This document shows positions 49,328 to 57,195 of a stretch of 64,000 bases of DNA, piece by piece. A program made the position numbers and the translations under genes. The notes below the pieces were generated by a model, which made no database searches, was not told the origin of the DNA, and was given only the letters and a program-made list of their open reading frames with translations. Numbering within the stretch: the stretch's first letter is position 1; every line of letters begins with the position of its first letter. This DNA is from Candidatus Eiseniibacteriota bacterium (GTDB lineage: Bacteria; Eisenbacteria; RBG-16-71-46): contig JBGAML010000016.1 of NCBI GenBank assembly GCA_044223005.1, positions 52,080 through 116,079 of the forward strand, written 5' to 3'.

Positions 49328-49783
49328 ATGAGCGTCAACAGAGTGTTCCTGCTCGGCAATCTCGGCAAGGACCCGGAGGTGCGCTACACGCAGGGAGGCA
49401 CGACCGTGGCCAACCTGCGGATCGCCACCACCGAGCGTCGTCCCGACGGGAATGGCGGGTGGCAGGATCAGACCGAGTGGCATTCGGTGGTCGTGTTCGG
49501 GAAGCAGGCCGACAACGTGAAGAAGTTCCTCACGAAGGGCCGCCAGGTGTTCATCGAGGGTTCGCTGCGCACGCGCCAGTGGCAGGACCAGCAGGGCCAG
49601 AAGCGCTACTCGACCGAAGTCGTCGCGCGTGACATCCGCTTCGTCGGCGGCCGTCCCGGCGGCGCACCCGGCGCGGGCGGCGCCGGCGGCTACGGTGCCC
49701 CCGACGACATGAGCGCCCCGGTCGGCGCCGACACCGGCATGGAGGATTTCGGCGGCGGCCCCGACGACGACATCCCGTTTTGA
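49328..49783 (+). CDS. ssb: single-stranded DNA-binding protein
   Basis: MSVNRVFLLGNLGKDPE; TEWH; EGSLRTRQW; acidic DDDIPF tail; AAGGAG RBS. Confidence 0.98.
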   Translation: MSVNRVFLLGNLGKDPEVRYTQGGTTVANLRIATTERRPDGNGGWQDQTEWHSVVVFGKQADNVKKFLTKGRQVFIEGSLRTRQWQDQQGQKRYSTEVVARDIRFVGGRPGGAPGAGGAGGYGAPDDMSAPVGADTGMEDFGGGPDDDIPF

Positions 49784-49883
49784 GCAGAAGGGGTTCCGCC
49801 CGCACCCGCACGCAAAGGCGAGCGAAGCGAGCCGAGCCCCCAACATTTGCAGTAGAAGTAGAAGTTCCAACCCGCACCAACCC

Positions 49884-50005
49884 CAGGCCGCGAAGTTTCG
49901 TCGAGGACAAGCCGGCGACCGAGTGGCGACGCGAAGCCGTACGACTGTACTGAGAGCGTCGCCAGGAGAGAGCCGGCGCAGGCATCGGCGAAAATCCGCG
50001 GCCTG
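49884..50005 (+). repeat. ~122-nt imperfect palindromic element (ERIC-like), copy 2
   Basis: Terminal inverted repeat CAGGCCGCG/CGCGGCCTG; apical GTAC-GACT-GTAC; compensatory changes relative to copy 1. Confidence 0.8.
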
Positions 50006-50009
50006 ACGA

Positions 50010-50365
50010 GGGGGCGATTGGTCTCGACGGAGGAGCTGAAGCGAAGAGTGCAAGCCGGGGATCTCGCGAACCTCGTCAAAAAACGCGGGAACATTCATCT
50101 GCCAACGAGCAGATGGCTCTCGCTGCCTAATTAGGCAGTGACGCCTTCCCGGACCCCGCCTGTGGGGGCCGGAGCGGGCGCCAGAAAATCGCAGGCTGGT
50201 CCAAGGGGGCGGCCCGACCGCCCGAGGGCGAGAACCAACCGGGCTGGCGCGCGGCGATCCTGCCCGCCGGAGCAACGCGCGCGAGACTCAAATGACGGGA
50301 CACGCTTGTAGGACTCTTCGGGGATGATCTTTCGGACGCGGGTTCGATTCCCGCCGCCTCCACCA
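50010..50365 (+). ncRNA. ssrA: tmRNA (one-piece), tag peptide ANEQMALAA*
   Basis: 5' GGGGGCG pairs with 3' CGCCTCC-A-CCA, with a G3:U wobble. T-arm GCGGGTTCGATTCCCGC. Tag GCC AAC GAG CAG ATG GCT CTC GCT GCC TAA at 50101-50130. Confidence 0.95.
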
Positions 50366-50374
50366 CGTGCGCGC

Positions 50375-50401
50375 AGGGCCCGGGATCTCCCGGGCCCTTT
50401 C
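50375..50401 (+). terminator. intrinsic terminator after ssrA
   Basis: AGGGCCCGGG-ATCT-CCCGGGCCCT followed by a T run. Confidence 0.75.
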
Positions 50402-50488
50402 GCGTTTGCGGCGGGGGTGCCCGGCGCGCTCCGGAAGGGGCGTTTGCACTTGCCGCAGGCCCCCACTGTGACTACTCTGCCCGGTCCC

Positions 50489-51202
50489 GTGAAACCCGAC
50501 CCTGTGCTTTCCGCCCGGATCGCCGAGGTCCGCGCCCGAATCGAGGCTGCGGAGCGGCGTTCCGGACGGGCACCGGGCGGGGTCACGCTGATTGCCGTCG
50601 TCAAGACGCAGCCGCCCGCCGTGGTGGCCGCGGCGGTGGAGTCGGGCCTCAAGCACCTGGGCGAGAACCGGGTGCAGGAAGCCGAGCTCCACCAGGCCGA
50701 GGTCGCGCGAACGGCGGCGACGTGGCACATGATCGGCCACCTGCAGCGCAACAAGGTCAACAAGGCGCTGGAGCGGTTCGACCTCGTGCACGGCGTGGAC
50801 GACGTCGATCTGGGGTCGGCGATCGCGCGCCGCGCGCGCGAAACCGGCCGGATGATGCCGGTGCTGGTCGAGGTCAACGTGAGCGGCGAGGCGAGCAAGT
50901 TCGGCGTGACGCCGGAGGCGCTCCCCGGACTGCTCGAGCAGGTCGCGGCGCTGGACGGCCTCGATCTGCGTGGCTTGATGACGGTGGGCGCTCCGGTCGA
51001 GCGCCCCGAGGATGCGCGCGGCGGGTTCGCGATGCTGCGAACGCTGCGCGACGCAGCGGAACGGCGACTCGGGCGACCGCTGCCCGAGCTGTCGATGGGC
51101 ATGAGCGGGGATTACGAGATCGCGATCGAGGAAGGCGCCACGCGGGTGCGCGTGGGCACGGCCCTCTTCGGCGCGAGGCCCCCGCAGGGAGTGAACGCGT
51201 GA
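50489..51202 (+). CDS. yggS: PLP homeostasis protein (YggS/PROSC)
   Basis: LIAVVKT, GENRVQE, WHMIGHLQRNK, GLMT, LSMGMSGDY and RVGTALFG motifs. Start placed at GTG 50489 because the longer ORF overlaps tmRNA. Confidence 0.93.
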   Translation: MKPDPVLSARIAEVRARIEAAERRSGRAPGGVTLIAVVKTQPPAVVAAAVESGLKHLGENRVQEAELHQAEVARTAATWHMIGHLQRNKVNKALERFDLVHGVDDVDLGSAIARRARETGRMMPVLVEVNVSGEASKFGVTPEALPGLLEQVAALDGLDLRGLMTVGAPVERPEDARGGFAMLRTLRDAAERRLGRPLPELSMGMSGDYEIAIEEGATRVRVGTALFGARPPQGVNA

Positions 51203-51477
51203 TCGGCAACTTCTTCGGTGCGCTTTCGGTGGTGCTCAACATCGTGCTCAACGCACTGATGCTGGTCATCCTCGTCAACGCGCTGCTGTCGTGGATCCGC
51301 CCCGATCCGGGCAATCCGATGGTGCAGCTGCTCGAGCGGATCTCGGGCGCGCTCTGCAACCCGATCCGGCGGCTGTTCCCGACCGTGGTCAGCGGCTTCG
51401 ATTTCGCGCCGATGATCGCGATGCTGGTCCTGATCTTCCTGCAGCGCTGGCTGGTGCCGACGCTGGCGGGGTTCTGA
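51199..51477 (+). CDS. yggT: YggT family membrane protein
   Basis: ALLSWI.PDP.NP; PIRR..P; DFAP. yggS-yggT-yggU context. Confidence 0.9.
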   Translation: MIGNFFGALSVVLNIVLNALMLVILVNALLSWIRPDPGNPMVQLLERISGALCNPIRRLFPTVVSGFDFAPMIAMLVLIFLQRWLVPTLAGF

Positions 51478-51478
51478 T

Positions 51479-51790
51479 GTGAGCCCGGTCCCGCGCGCAC
51501 GCCTCGCGGTGCGCGTGCATCCGTCGGCGCGTCACGACGCGCTGGTGGGGCGGCGGGAGAACGGGGAGTGGAAGCTGGCCGTGTGCGCGCCGCCCGAGGA
51601 CGGGCGCGCGAACGAGGCCGTGGTGGAGCTGGTGGCGAGCCTGCTGGGCGTGAAGCGCCACCAGGTGAGCGTCGCGCGGGGGCTGTCGTCGCGCGGCAAG
51701 CAGGTCGAAGTGGAGGGAGTGAGCGCGGAGGAAGCCGAACGCCGGCTGACCGCGCTGCTCGATCCCGCGAAGGACGCCGATGCCGAGTGA
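51479..51790 (+). CDS. DUF167 (YggU) family protein
   Basis: VRVHPSA; APPEDGRANEA; GLSSRGK. Confidence 0.88.
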   Translation: MSPVPRARLAVRVHPSARHDALVGRRENGEWKLAVCAPPEDGRANEAVVELVASLLGVKRHQVSVARGLSSRGKQVEVEGVSAEEAERRLTALLDPAKDADAE

Positions 51791-52616
51791 ACTGCTGGAC
51801 CAGATCCGCGAAGCGGCCGCGTACGTGAAGTCGCGCACGAGCCTCGTGCCCGAGGTCGGCATCATCCTCGGCACCGGACTCGGCGATTTCGCGAATGCGC
51901 TGCAGGCGGACGTCGTGGTGCCCTACCACGAGATTCCGCACTTCCCTCGCTCGACGGTCGAGAGCCACGCCGGCGAGCTGCACCTCGGCACGCTCGCGGG
52001 CCGGCCGGTCGCGGTGATGAAGGGCCGCGTGCACTACTACGAGGGGTACACGATGCGCCAGGTGGGCTTCCCGACGCGGGTGCTCAAGGCCATCGGGTGC
52101 CGCACACTGATCGTGACCAACGCGTGCGGCGGCATGAACCCCGACATGCCGGCGGGAACCATCGTGGTCACGACGGATCACATCAATCTCATGGGCGACA
52201 ATCCGCTCATCGGTCCGAACGACGACGAGCTGGGGCCTCGCTTCCCCGACATGAGCGAGCCGTACTCGCGCACGCTCGTGGCGCTCGCCGAAAAGGTGGC
52301 GCTCGATCTCAAGATGCCGCTCCAGCGCGGCGTGTTCGTCGGCGTTCCGGGACCGAACCTGGAGACGCCGGCCGAATATCGCTTCCTGCGCGGCATCGGC
52401 GCGGACGTGGTGGGCATGTCGCTCGTGCCCGAGAACATCGTGGCCGTACACGGCGGCCAGCGCGTGCTGTCGTTCAACGTCGTCACGGACGCCTGCCTGC
52501 CGGATGCGCTGCATCCCGTGGACCTGCCGGCCGTGCTGGCGGTGGCGAACCGCACCGCGCCGGTGCTGCAACGCCTCGTCACCGAGGTCGTGCGGCGACT
52601 GGACGAGGCCAACTGA
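51780..52616 (+). CDS. purine-nucleoside phosphorylase (trimeric type)
   Basis: GIILGTGLG, GRVHYYEGY, TNACGG, GPRFPDMS, GPNLETPAEY, VGMS and VVTD motifs. Confidence 0.95.
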   Translation: MPSELLDQIREAAAYVKSRTSLVPEVGIILGTGLGDFANALQADVVVPYHEIPHFPRSTVESHAGELHLGTLAGRPVAVMKGRVHYYEGYTMRQVGFPTRVLKAIGCRTLIVTNACGGMNPDMPAGTIVVTTDHINLMGDNPLIGPNDDELGPRFPDMSEPYSRTLVALAEKVALDLKMPLQRGVFVGVPGPNLETPAEYRFLRGIGADVVGMSLVPENIVAVHGGQRVLSFNVVTDACLPDALHPVDLPAVLAVANRTAPVLQRLVTEVVRRLDEAN

Positions 52617-52669
52617 CCCATGCGCAGCACCCGGCGACCCGAGCCGGACCGTTTTCGGAGGTGAACATC

Positions 52670-53689
52670 ATGGCGAGCGCGCGCAAGAAGAGCGCAGGCA
52701 ACAAGGCGGCGAAGAAGGCGAAGCCGGCCCCCAAGGCGAAGCCCGCGAAGTCGGCGGCCAAGGCGAAGCCCGCGCCCAAGAAGCCGGCGCCCAAGCCGGT
52801 CAAGGCGGCCAGGCCGGTGCCGGCGAAGGCCGCCAAGGCCGCGCCTGCGAAGCCCGCGCCCAAGCCGATGGCGAAGCCGGCCGCGAAGGCCGCGCCCGCG
52901 AAGGCGGCGCCCGTGAAGGGCGCGCCCGCGAAGGCCGGCCCCGTGAAGGGCGCGCCGGCGAAGGGCGCGCCGGCGAAGGGCGCGCCGGCGAAGGTCGTCG
53001 CGAAGCCCGCGCCGCCCGTGAAGGCGAAGCCGCCCAAGCTGGTGCCCGTGACGGCCGAAGCCAAGGCGAAGGCCGTGGCCGCGCTCGCGCAGAAGCCCAC
53101 CAAGGGCAAGGGCGCCGCGCGCCCCGTCGCGGAAGTGCGCCCGCTGGGCGTGTTGCCGCCGAGCGCGCAGGCGAAGCCCCGCGCCGTCGCCCCGGTTCGA
53201 CCCGCAGTCCCGGCGCGCCCGGCCGTCGCGCCTCCCAAAGGCAGCCCGAAGCCCCAGCCCGCGAGAAAGGGAGACGATCGCTTGACCCCGGACGACCTGA
53301 AGTACTTCGAGCAGCGACTGCTCGGTGAGCGCGCGCGGATCACGCGCGAGATCGGCCACATCGAAAGCACGCTGCTCAAGGTGAATCCTCGCGACGCGGC
53401 CGGCGAACTCTCCGGCTACTCGTATCACATGGCGGACGCGGGCACGGACAGCATGGAGCGCGAGAAGGCGTTCGACATCGCGTCCAAGGAAGGCCGCCTG
53501 CTGCTCGAGATCGACGACGCGCTGCGCCGCGTCTACAACGGCACGTACGGCGTCTGCGAAGTCAGCGGCAAGCCGATCTCGCGCGCGCGTCTCGAGGCGC
53601 TGCCGTGGGCACGGCTCTCGCTCGAGGAACAGGAGAAGCTCGAGAAGGAGCAGCGCGCCGGGCGGCTGGCGACCCCGCCGACCGAGTGA
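52670..53689 (+). CDS. TraR/DksA family regulator with long Lys/Ala/Pro-rich N-terminus
   Basis: GGAGG RBS. About 200 aa of AKPA/KGAPA repeats, then HMADAGTD...ALRR...GTYGVCEVSGKPI...RLEALPW. Confidence 0.88.
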   Translation: MASARKKSAGNKAAKKAKPAPKAKPAKSAAKAKPAPKKPAPKPVKAARPVPAKAAKAAPAKPAPKPMAKPAAKAAPAKAAPVKGAPAKAGPVKGAPAKGAPAKGAPAKVVAKPAPPVKAKPPKLVPVTAEAKAKAVAALAQKPTKGKGAARPVAEVRPLGVLPPSAQAKPRAVAPVRPAVPARPAVAPPKGSPKPQPARKGDDRLTPDDLKYFEQRLLGERARITREIGHIESTLLKVNPRDAAGELSGYSYHMADAGTDSMEREKAFDIASKEGRLLLEIDDALRRVYNGTYGVCEVSGKPISRARLEALPWARLSLEEQEKLEKEQRAGRLATPPTE

Positions 53690-54294
53690 AGCGTTCGTTC
53701 CCGTTGCTGTTGGGCGTGGCGGGCGCCCTCGTCGCGCTGGACCAGTGGACCAAGAGCCTCGCGACCGCGCATCTCGCGTATCGCGAGCCCGTGCGCGTGA
53801 TCGGGAACCTGGTCCGGCTCGCGTACGCGCGCAACTCGGGGATCGCGTTCTCGATCTTCGCGGGGCGCGGCCTGCCGCTCTGGGTGTTCTCGAGCATCGC
53901 CGCGATCGCGGTCGTGGTGGTGTTCTCGCGCCACGAGCGCATGCCGTTCTCGCGCCAGCTCGCGCTGGCGCTGATCCTCGGCGGCGCGCTCGGCAACTTC
54001 GTCGATCGCGTCACCACGGGCCTGGTCGTGGATTTCATCCTCCTCTCGTGGGGCCCGCACGAGTTTCCCGTCTTCAACGTCGCCGACATGGCCGTCACCT
54101 GCGGCGTGACCTTGTTCGCACTCGGGTGGATCCGCGAGGGCGAACCCACCGCCGCTTCCGGCGCGCCGCCCGAGGCGCCGCCGGCCGAAGGGCCTCCGCA
54201 CGATGAAAACGATGGACCTGACCGTTCCGGCGACGGGAGCGGGACAACGGGTGGACCGTTGGCTCGCGAAGGCGCGGATCGGCCTCTCGCGTAA
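53686..54294 (+). CDS. lspA: lipoprotein signal peptidase II
   Basis: DQWTK, NSGIAFS, GGALGNFVDR, VVDFI and FNVAD motifs. Confidence 0.95.
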   Translation: MKRSFPLLLGVAGALVALDQWTKSLATAHLAYREPVRVIGNLVRLAYARNSGIAFSIFAGRGLPLWVFSSIAAIAVVVVFSRHERMPFSRQLALALILGGALGNFVDRVTTGLVVDFILLSWGPHEFPVFNVADMAVTCGVTLFALGWIREGEPTAASGAPPEAPPAEGPPHDENDGPDRSGDGSGTTGGPLAREGADRPLA

Positions 54295-55186
54295 TCGCCT
54301 CCAGGCGCTGATCGAAGGCGGCCGTGTCTGCGTCAACGGCCGCGTCGCGCGCCAGGCGATGAAGCTCAAGGAAGGCGACCGCGTCACGGTCGAGGTGCCG
54401 CCGCGCCGTCCGAGCCGGCTGTTCGCCGAACCGCTGCCGCTCACGATCGTGCACGAGGATGCGTCGTTGCTCGTGCTCGACAAGCCCGCGGGCCAGGTCG
54501 TGCACCCGGGCGCCGGCGTGCAGACCGGCACGCTCGTGCACGCGCTGCTGCACCACGCGCCGTCCATCGCGACGGTCGGAGGCGAGGGCCGGCCCGGCAT
54601 CGTGCACCGGCTCGACAAGGACACCTCGGGCCTGCTCGTGGTGGCGAAGACCGAGCCGGCCTACCTCGCGCTGGTCGAGGCGCTGCGCTCGCGCGACGTC
54701 TCGCGCGTCTACCGCGCGATCGTCTGGGGCGACCCGGGCCCGGCCTCCGGCGCCATCGACCTGCCCATCGGCCGCGATCCCCGCGAACGGACCCGCATGG
54801 CCGTGGTCCGCGGCCCCGCCGGCAAGGTGGCCCGGACGAAATGGCGCGTTCTCGAGCGGTTCGGCCCCGCCACGCTGGTCGAGGCGCGGCTGGAAACCGG
54901 CCGAACCCACCAGATTCGCGTCCACTTCGCCGCCCTGCGGCACCCCGTGGTGGGCGATCCGGTCTACGGCGGACGGGCCAGAAAATCGTTGAGCCTCCGC
55001 CAGTCCGAGCGTAGCCTCGCCGAGGCCCTGCTGCGGACCCTGCGGCGGCAGGCACTGCACGCGGTCGAACTCGAGCTCACCCACCCGGAGACGGGGGAGC
55101 GGTTGCGATTCGAGTCGGCCCTTCCCGAGGATTTCGCCCGGGCGCTCGAGCTGCTTCGGGCGTTCCCGGCCTACGGATCGAGCTGA
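54203..55186 (+). CDS. rluD: RluA-family 23S rRNA pseudouridine synthase (RluD-like)
   Basis: S4-like N-terminus; DKPAG.VVHP; GIVHRLDKDTSG; LETGRTHQIRVH; GDPVY; QALHA. Confidence 0.92.
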   Translation: MKTMDLTVPATGAGQRVDRWLAKARIGLSRNRLQALIEGGRVCVNGRVARQAMKLKEGDRVTVEVPPRRPSRLFAEPLPLTIVHEDASLLVLDKPAGQVVHPGAGVQTGTLVHALLHHAPSIATVGGEGRPGIVHRLDKDTSGLLVVAKTEPAYLALVEALRSRDVSRVYRAIVWGDPGPASGAIDLPIGRDPRERTRMAVVRGPAGKVARTKWRVLERFGPATLVEARLETGRTHQIRVHFAALRHPVVGDPVYGGRARKSLSLRQSERSLAEALLRTLRRQALHAVELELTHPETGERLRFESALPEDFARALELLRAFPAYGSS

Positions 55187-55193
55187 TCGCCGC

Positions 55194-55649
55194 ATGGCCC
55201 AGACTCCCGCTCCCGAAGTCGTGACGTTGACGCTGCCGAGCCGTCTGGAGCTCCTGGGCGTGCTCGACCGCGTGGCGCTCGCGCTCTGCGAACGGCTCGA
55301 GTTCGACGAGGACGCCTGCTCGCAGCTGAGCATGTCCGTCATCGAAGCCGGGACGAACGCCGTCCAGCACGGCAACATGCGCGATCCGTCCAAGACGTTC
55401 GAAGCGCGCTTCCTGATCCACCCGGACCGGCTCGAGGTGGAGGTCCGCGACCACGGCCGCGGCTTCGACCTCGCGCGCGTCACGCCCGACGTGACGTCGC
55501 CGGACCACCTGTTCGACATGCGCGGCCGCGGCATCTTCATCATGCGGTCGTGCTGCGATTCGGTGGATTTCCAGTTCGGTCCCGAGGGCACGCTCTGCCG
55601 GCTGGTCAAGCATCGCTCGGTGGCCGCGCAGCGCGCCGCAGACGCCTGA
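55194..55649 (+). CDS. anti-sigma factor / serine kinase (RsbW-like, HATPase_c_2)
   Basis: EAGTNAVQHGN; VRDHGRGFD; GRGIFIMR..CD.V. Confidence 0.9.
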   Translation: MAQTPAPEVVTLTLPSRLELLGVLDRVALALCERLEFDEDACSQLSMSVIEAGTNAVQHGNMRDPSKTFEARFLIHPDRLEVEVRDHGRGFDLARVTPDVTSPDHLFDMRGRGIFIMRSCCDSVDFQFGPEGTLCRLVKHRSVAAQRAADA

Positions 55650-55657
55650 GCGCTCCC

Positions 55658-56101
55658 TTGTCCCGCATTCTCGCCGTGGACTGGGGCGAGCGCCGCATCG
55701 GGCTGGCCGTGAGTGATCCCACCGGAACGATCGCGACGGGGCTCGAGACGCTGGTCGTGAAGCGCGCGGCCGAGGGACCGGTGCGTGTCGCGCAGTTGGC
55801 CACCGAGCTCGAGGCCGTGGCGATCGTCGTCGGGCTGCCGTTGCGGCTGTCGGGCGAGCGCGGTGCCGCCGCCGAGGCCGCCGAGCGCTTCGCCGACGCG
55901 ATCCGAGAAGCGAGCGGGCTGCCCGTGCACACGTGGGACGAGCGGCTCACGTCCGCGCTCGCGACGCGCCGCATGCTCGAGCGCGGCGAACGCCCCGGCG
56001 CGCGCAAGGGGCGCGTCGACCAGGGCGCCGCGGTGGCGCTGCTCGAATCGTGGCTCGCGCGCCAGGACGCCGAGCGCCGCCGCGCCGCGGAGGACGCATG
56101 A
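55658..56101 (+). CDS. yqgF: pre-16S rRNA nuclease / Holliday junction resolvase-like (YqgF/RuvX)
   Basis: ILAVDWGERRIGLAVSD; VVGLP; WDERLTS; VD..AA..LL. TTG start inferred. Confidence 0.92.
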   Translation: MSRILAVDWGERRIGLAVSDPTGTIATGLETLVVKRAAEGPVRVAQLATELEAVAIVVGLPLRLSGERGAAAEAAERFADAIREASGLPVHTWDERLTSALATRRMLERGERPGARKGRVDQGAAVALLESWLARQDAERRRAAEDA

Positions 56102-57195
56102 GCCCGCGGCGCCGGGGCGGCTTCCGCCCGCTGCGCGGGGCGTGGCTGCTGCTGCTCGTCGCGCTGCTCGCGCCGGCGTGGGACCTGCTGCTGCCGGCCG
56201 GGCCGTTCCCGAAGACGGAGCGGCGCACCGTGATCATCGAGCGCGGCACTTCGCTGCGTGCGATCGCGGGCGAACTCCAGCGTGCGGGCCTGATCCACAG
56301 CCCGTTCGGCTTCCTCGTGCTCGCGCGGCTCATGCACCTGGACCGCCACGTGAAGGCGGGCCAGTACGCGTTCCGCGTCGGCACGACGGTGCCCGCGCTG
56401 CTGCGGGCGCTCGACCGCGGCATGTTCGGGCTCGACCTGCTCACGATTCCCGAGGGGCTCTCGGTGCCCGAGGTGGCCGCGCTGCTCGCGCCCCGGCTCG
56501 GCGTTCCGGCGGGGGCGATCGACTCGCTGGCGCGCGACCCCGCGCTGCTCGACTCGCTGGGCGTCGACGGGCCGTCGCTCGAAGGCTGGCTCGCGCCCGA
56601 CAGCTACGAGTGGCTGCCGGGCACGGCGCCCGAGGTGGCGCTGCGCACGATGGTCGAGCACACGCGCGAACGGCTGAAGGCCGCCACCGCGGGACTCGAC
56701 TCGCTGCCGCTCGGCATGAACCTGCAGCAGGTGCTCACCCTGGCTTCGATCGTCGAGTGCGAGGCGCAGGTGAACGACGAGCGCCCGCGCATCGCCCGCG
56801 TCTACCTGAACCGGCTGGAAAAGGGCATGCGCATGCAGGCCGACCCGACGGTGGCCTACGGCGAGGGCCGCAGCCCGCGGCGCAAGCTCACGTATCGCGA
56901 CCTGCTGCACGAATCGCCCTACAACACCTACCTGCACGAGGGCCTGCCGCCCGGCCCGATCGCGAGCCCGGGCGAACGGAGCATTCGCGCGGTGCTCGAG
57001 GCCACGCCGGACGTGCGCGACCTGTACTTCGTCGCGCGCGGTGACGGCCGGCACATGTTCGCGGCCACCTACGAGCAGCACCTCTCGAACATCCAGGCCG
57101 CGCGCGCGCTGCAGGCGGTGTTCGCCTCGCAGCGCGCCGCTGCCGACTCGGCCGCCGCCGTTCCGGCCGTGGCGCCCGCCGACTCGGCGCACTGA
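56098..57195 (+). CDS. mltG: endolytic murein transglycosylase
   Basis: KAGQY, TIPEG, LEGWLAPDSY, LASIVECEA, NRLEKGMRMQADPT, SPYNTY..GLPPGPI and LYFVA motifs. Confidence 0.95.
   Translation: MSPRRRGGFRPLRGAWLLLLVALLAPAWDLLLPAGPFPKTERRTVIIERGTSLRAIAGELQRAGLIHSPFGFLVLARLMHLDRHVKAGQYAFRVGTTVPALLRALDRGMFGLDLLTIPEGLSVPEVAALLAPRLGVPAGAIDSLARDPALLDSLGVDGPSLEGWLAPDSYEWLPGTAPEVALRTMVEHTRERLKAATAGLDSLPLGMNLQQVLTLASIVECEAQVNDERPRIARVYLNRLEKGMRMQADPTVAYGEGRSPRRKLTYRDLLHESPYNTYLHEGLPPGPIASPGERSIRAVLEATPDVRDLYFVARGDGRHMFAATYEQHLSNIQAARALQAVFASQRAAADSAAAVPAVAPADSAH

Noticed and set aside
50324..50488. N-terminal extension of YggS, or a lone tRNA-like 3' fragment marking an att site
   Set aside because: This is the 3' end of an intact one-piece tmRNA plus its terminator. 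No integrase or duplicated att was found.
52880..53000. Short tandem repeats resembling a CRISPR or VNTR array
   Set aside because: These are 15-nt in-frame coding repeats (KGAPA) with no unique spacers, and no cas genes are present.
54203..54294. 92-nt lspA/rluD overlap as a programmed frameshift or fusion
   Set aside because: Both genes are complete in their own frames. The overlap encodes only a low-complexity LspA tail, and no slippery site is evident.
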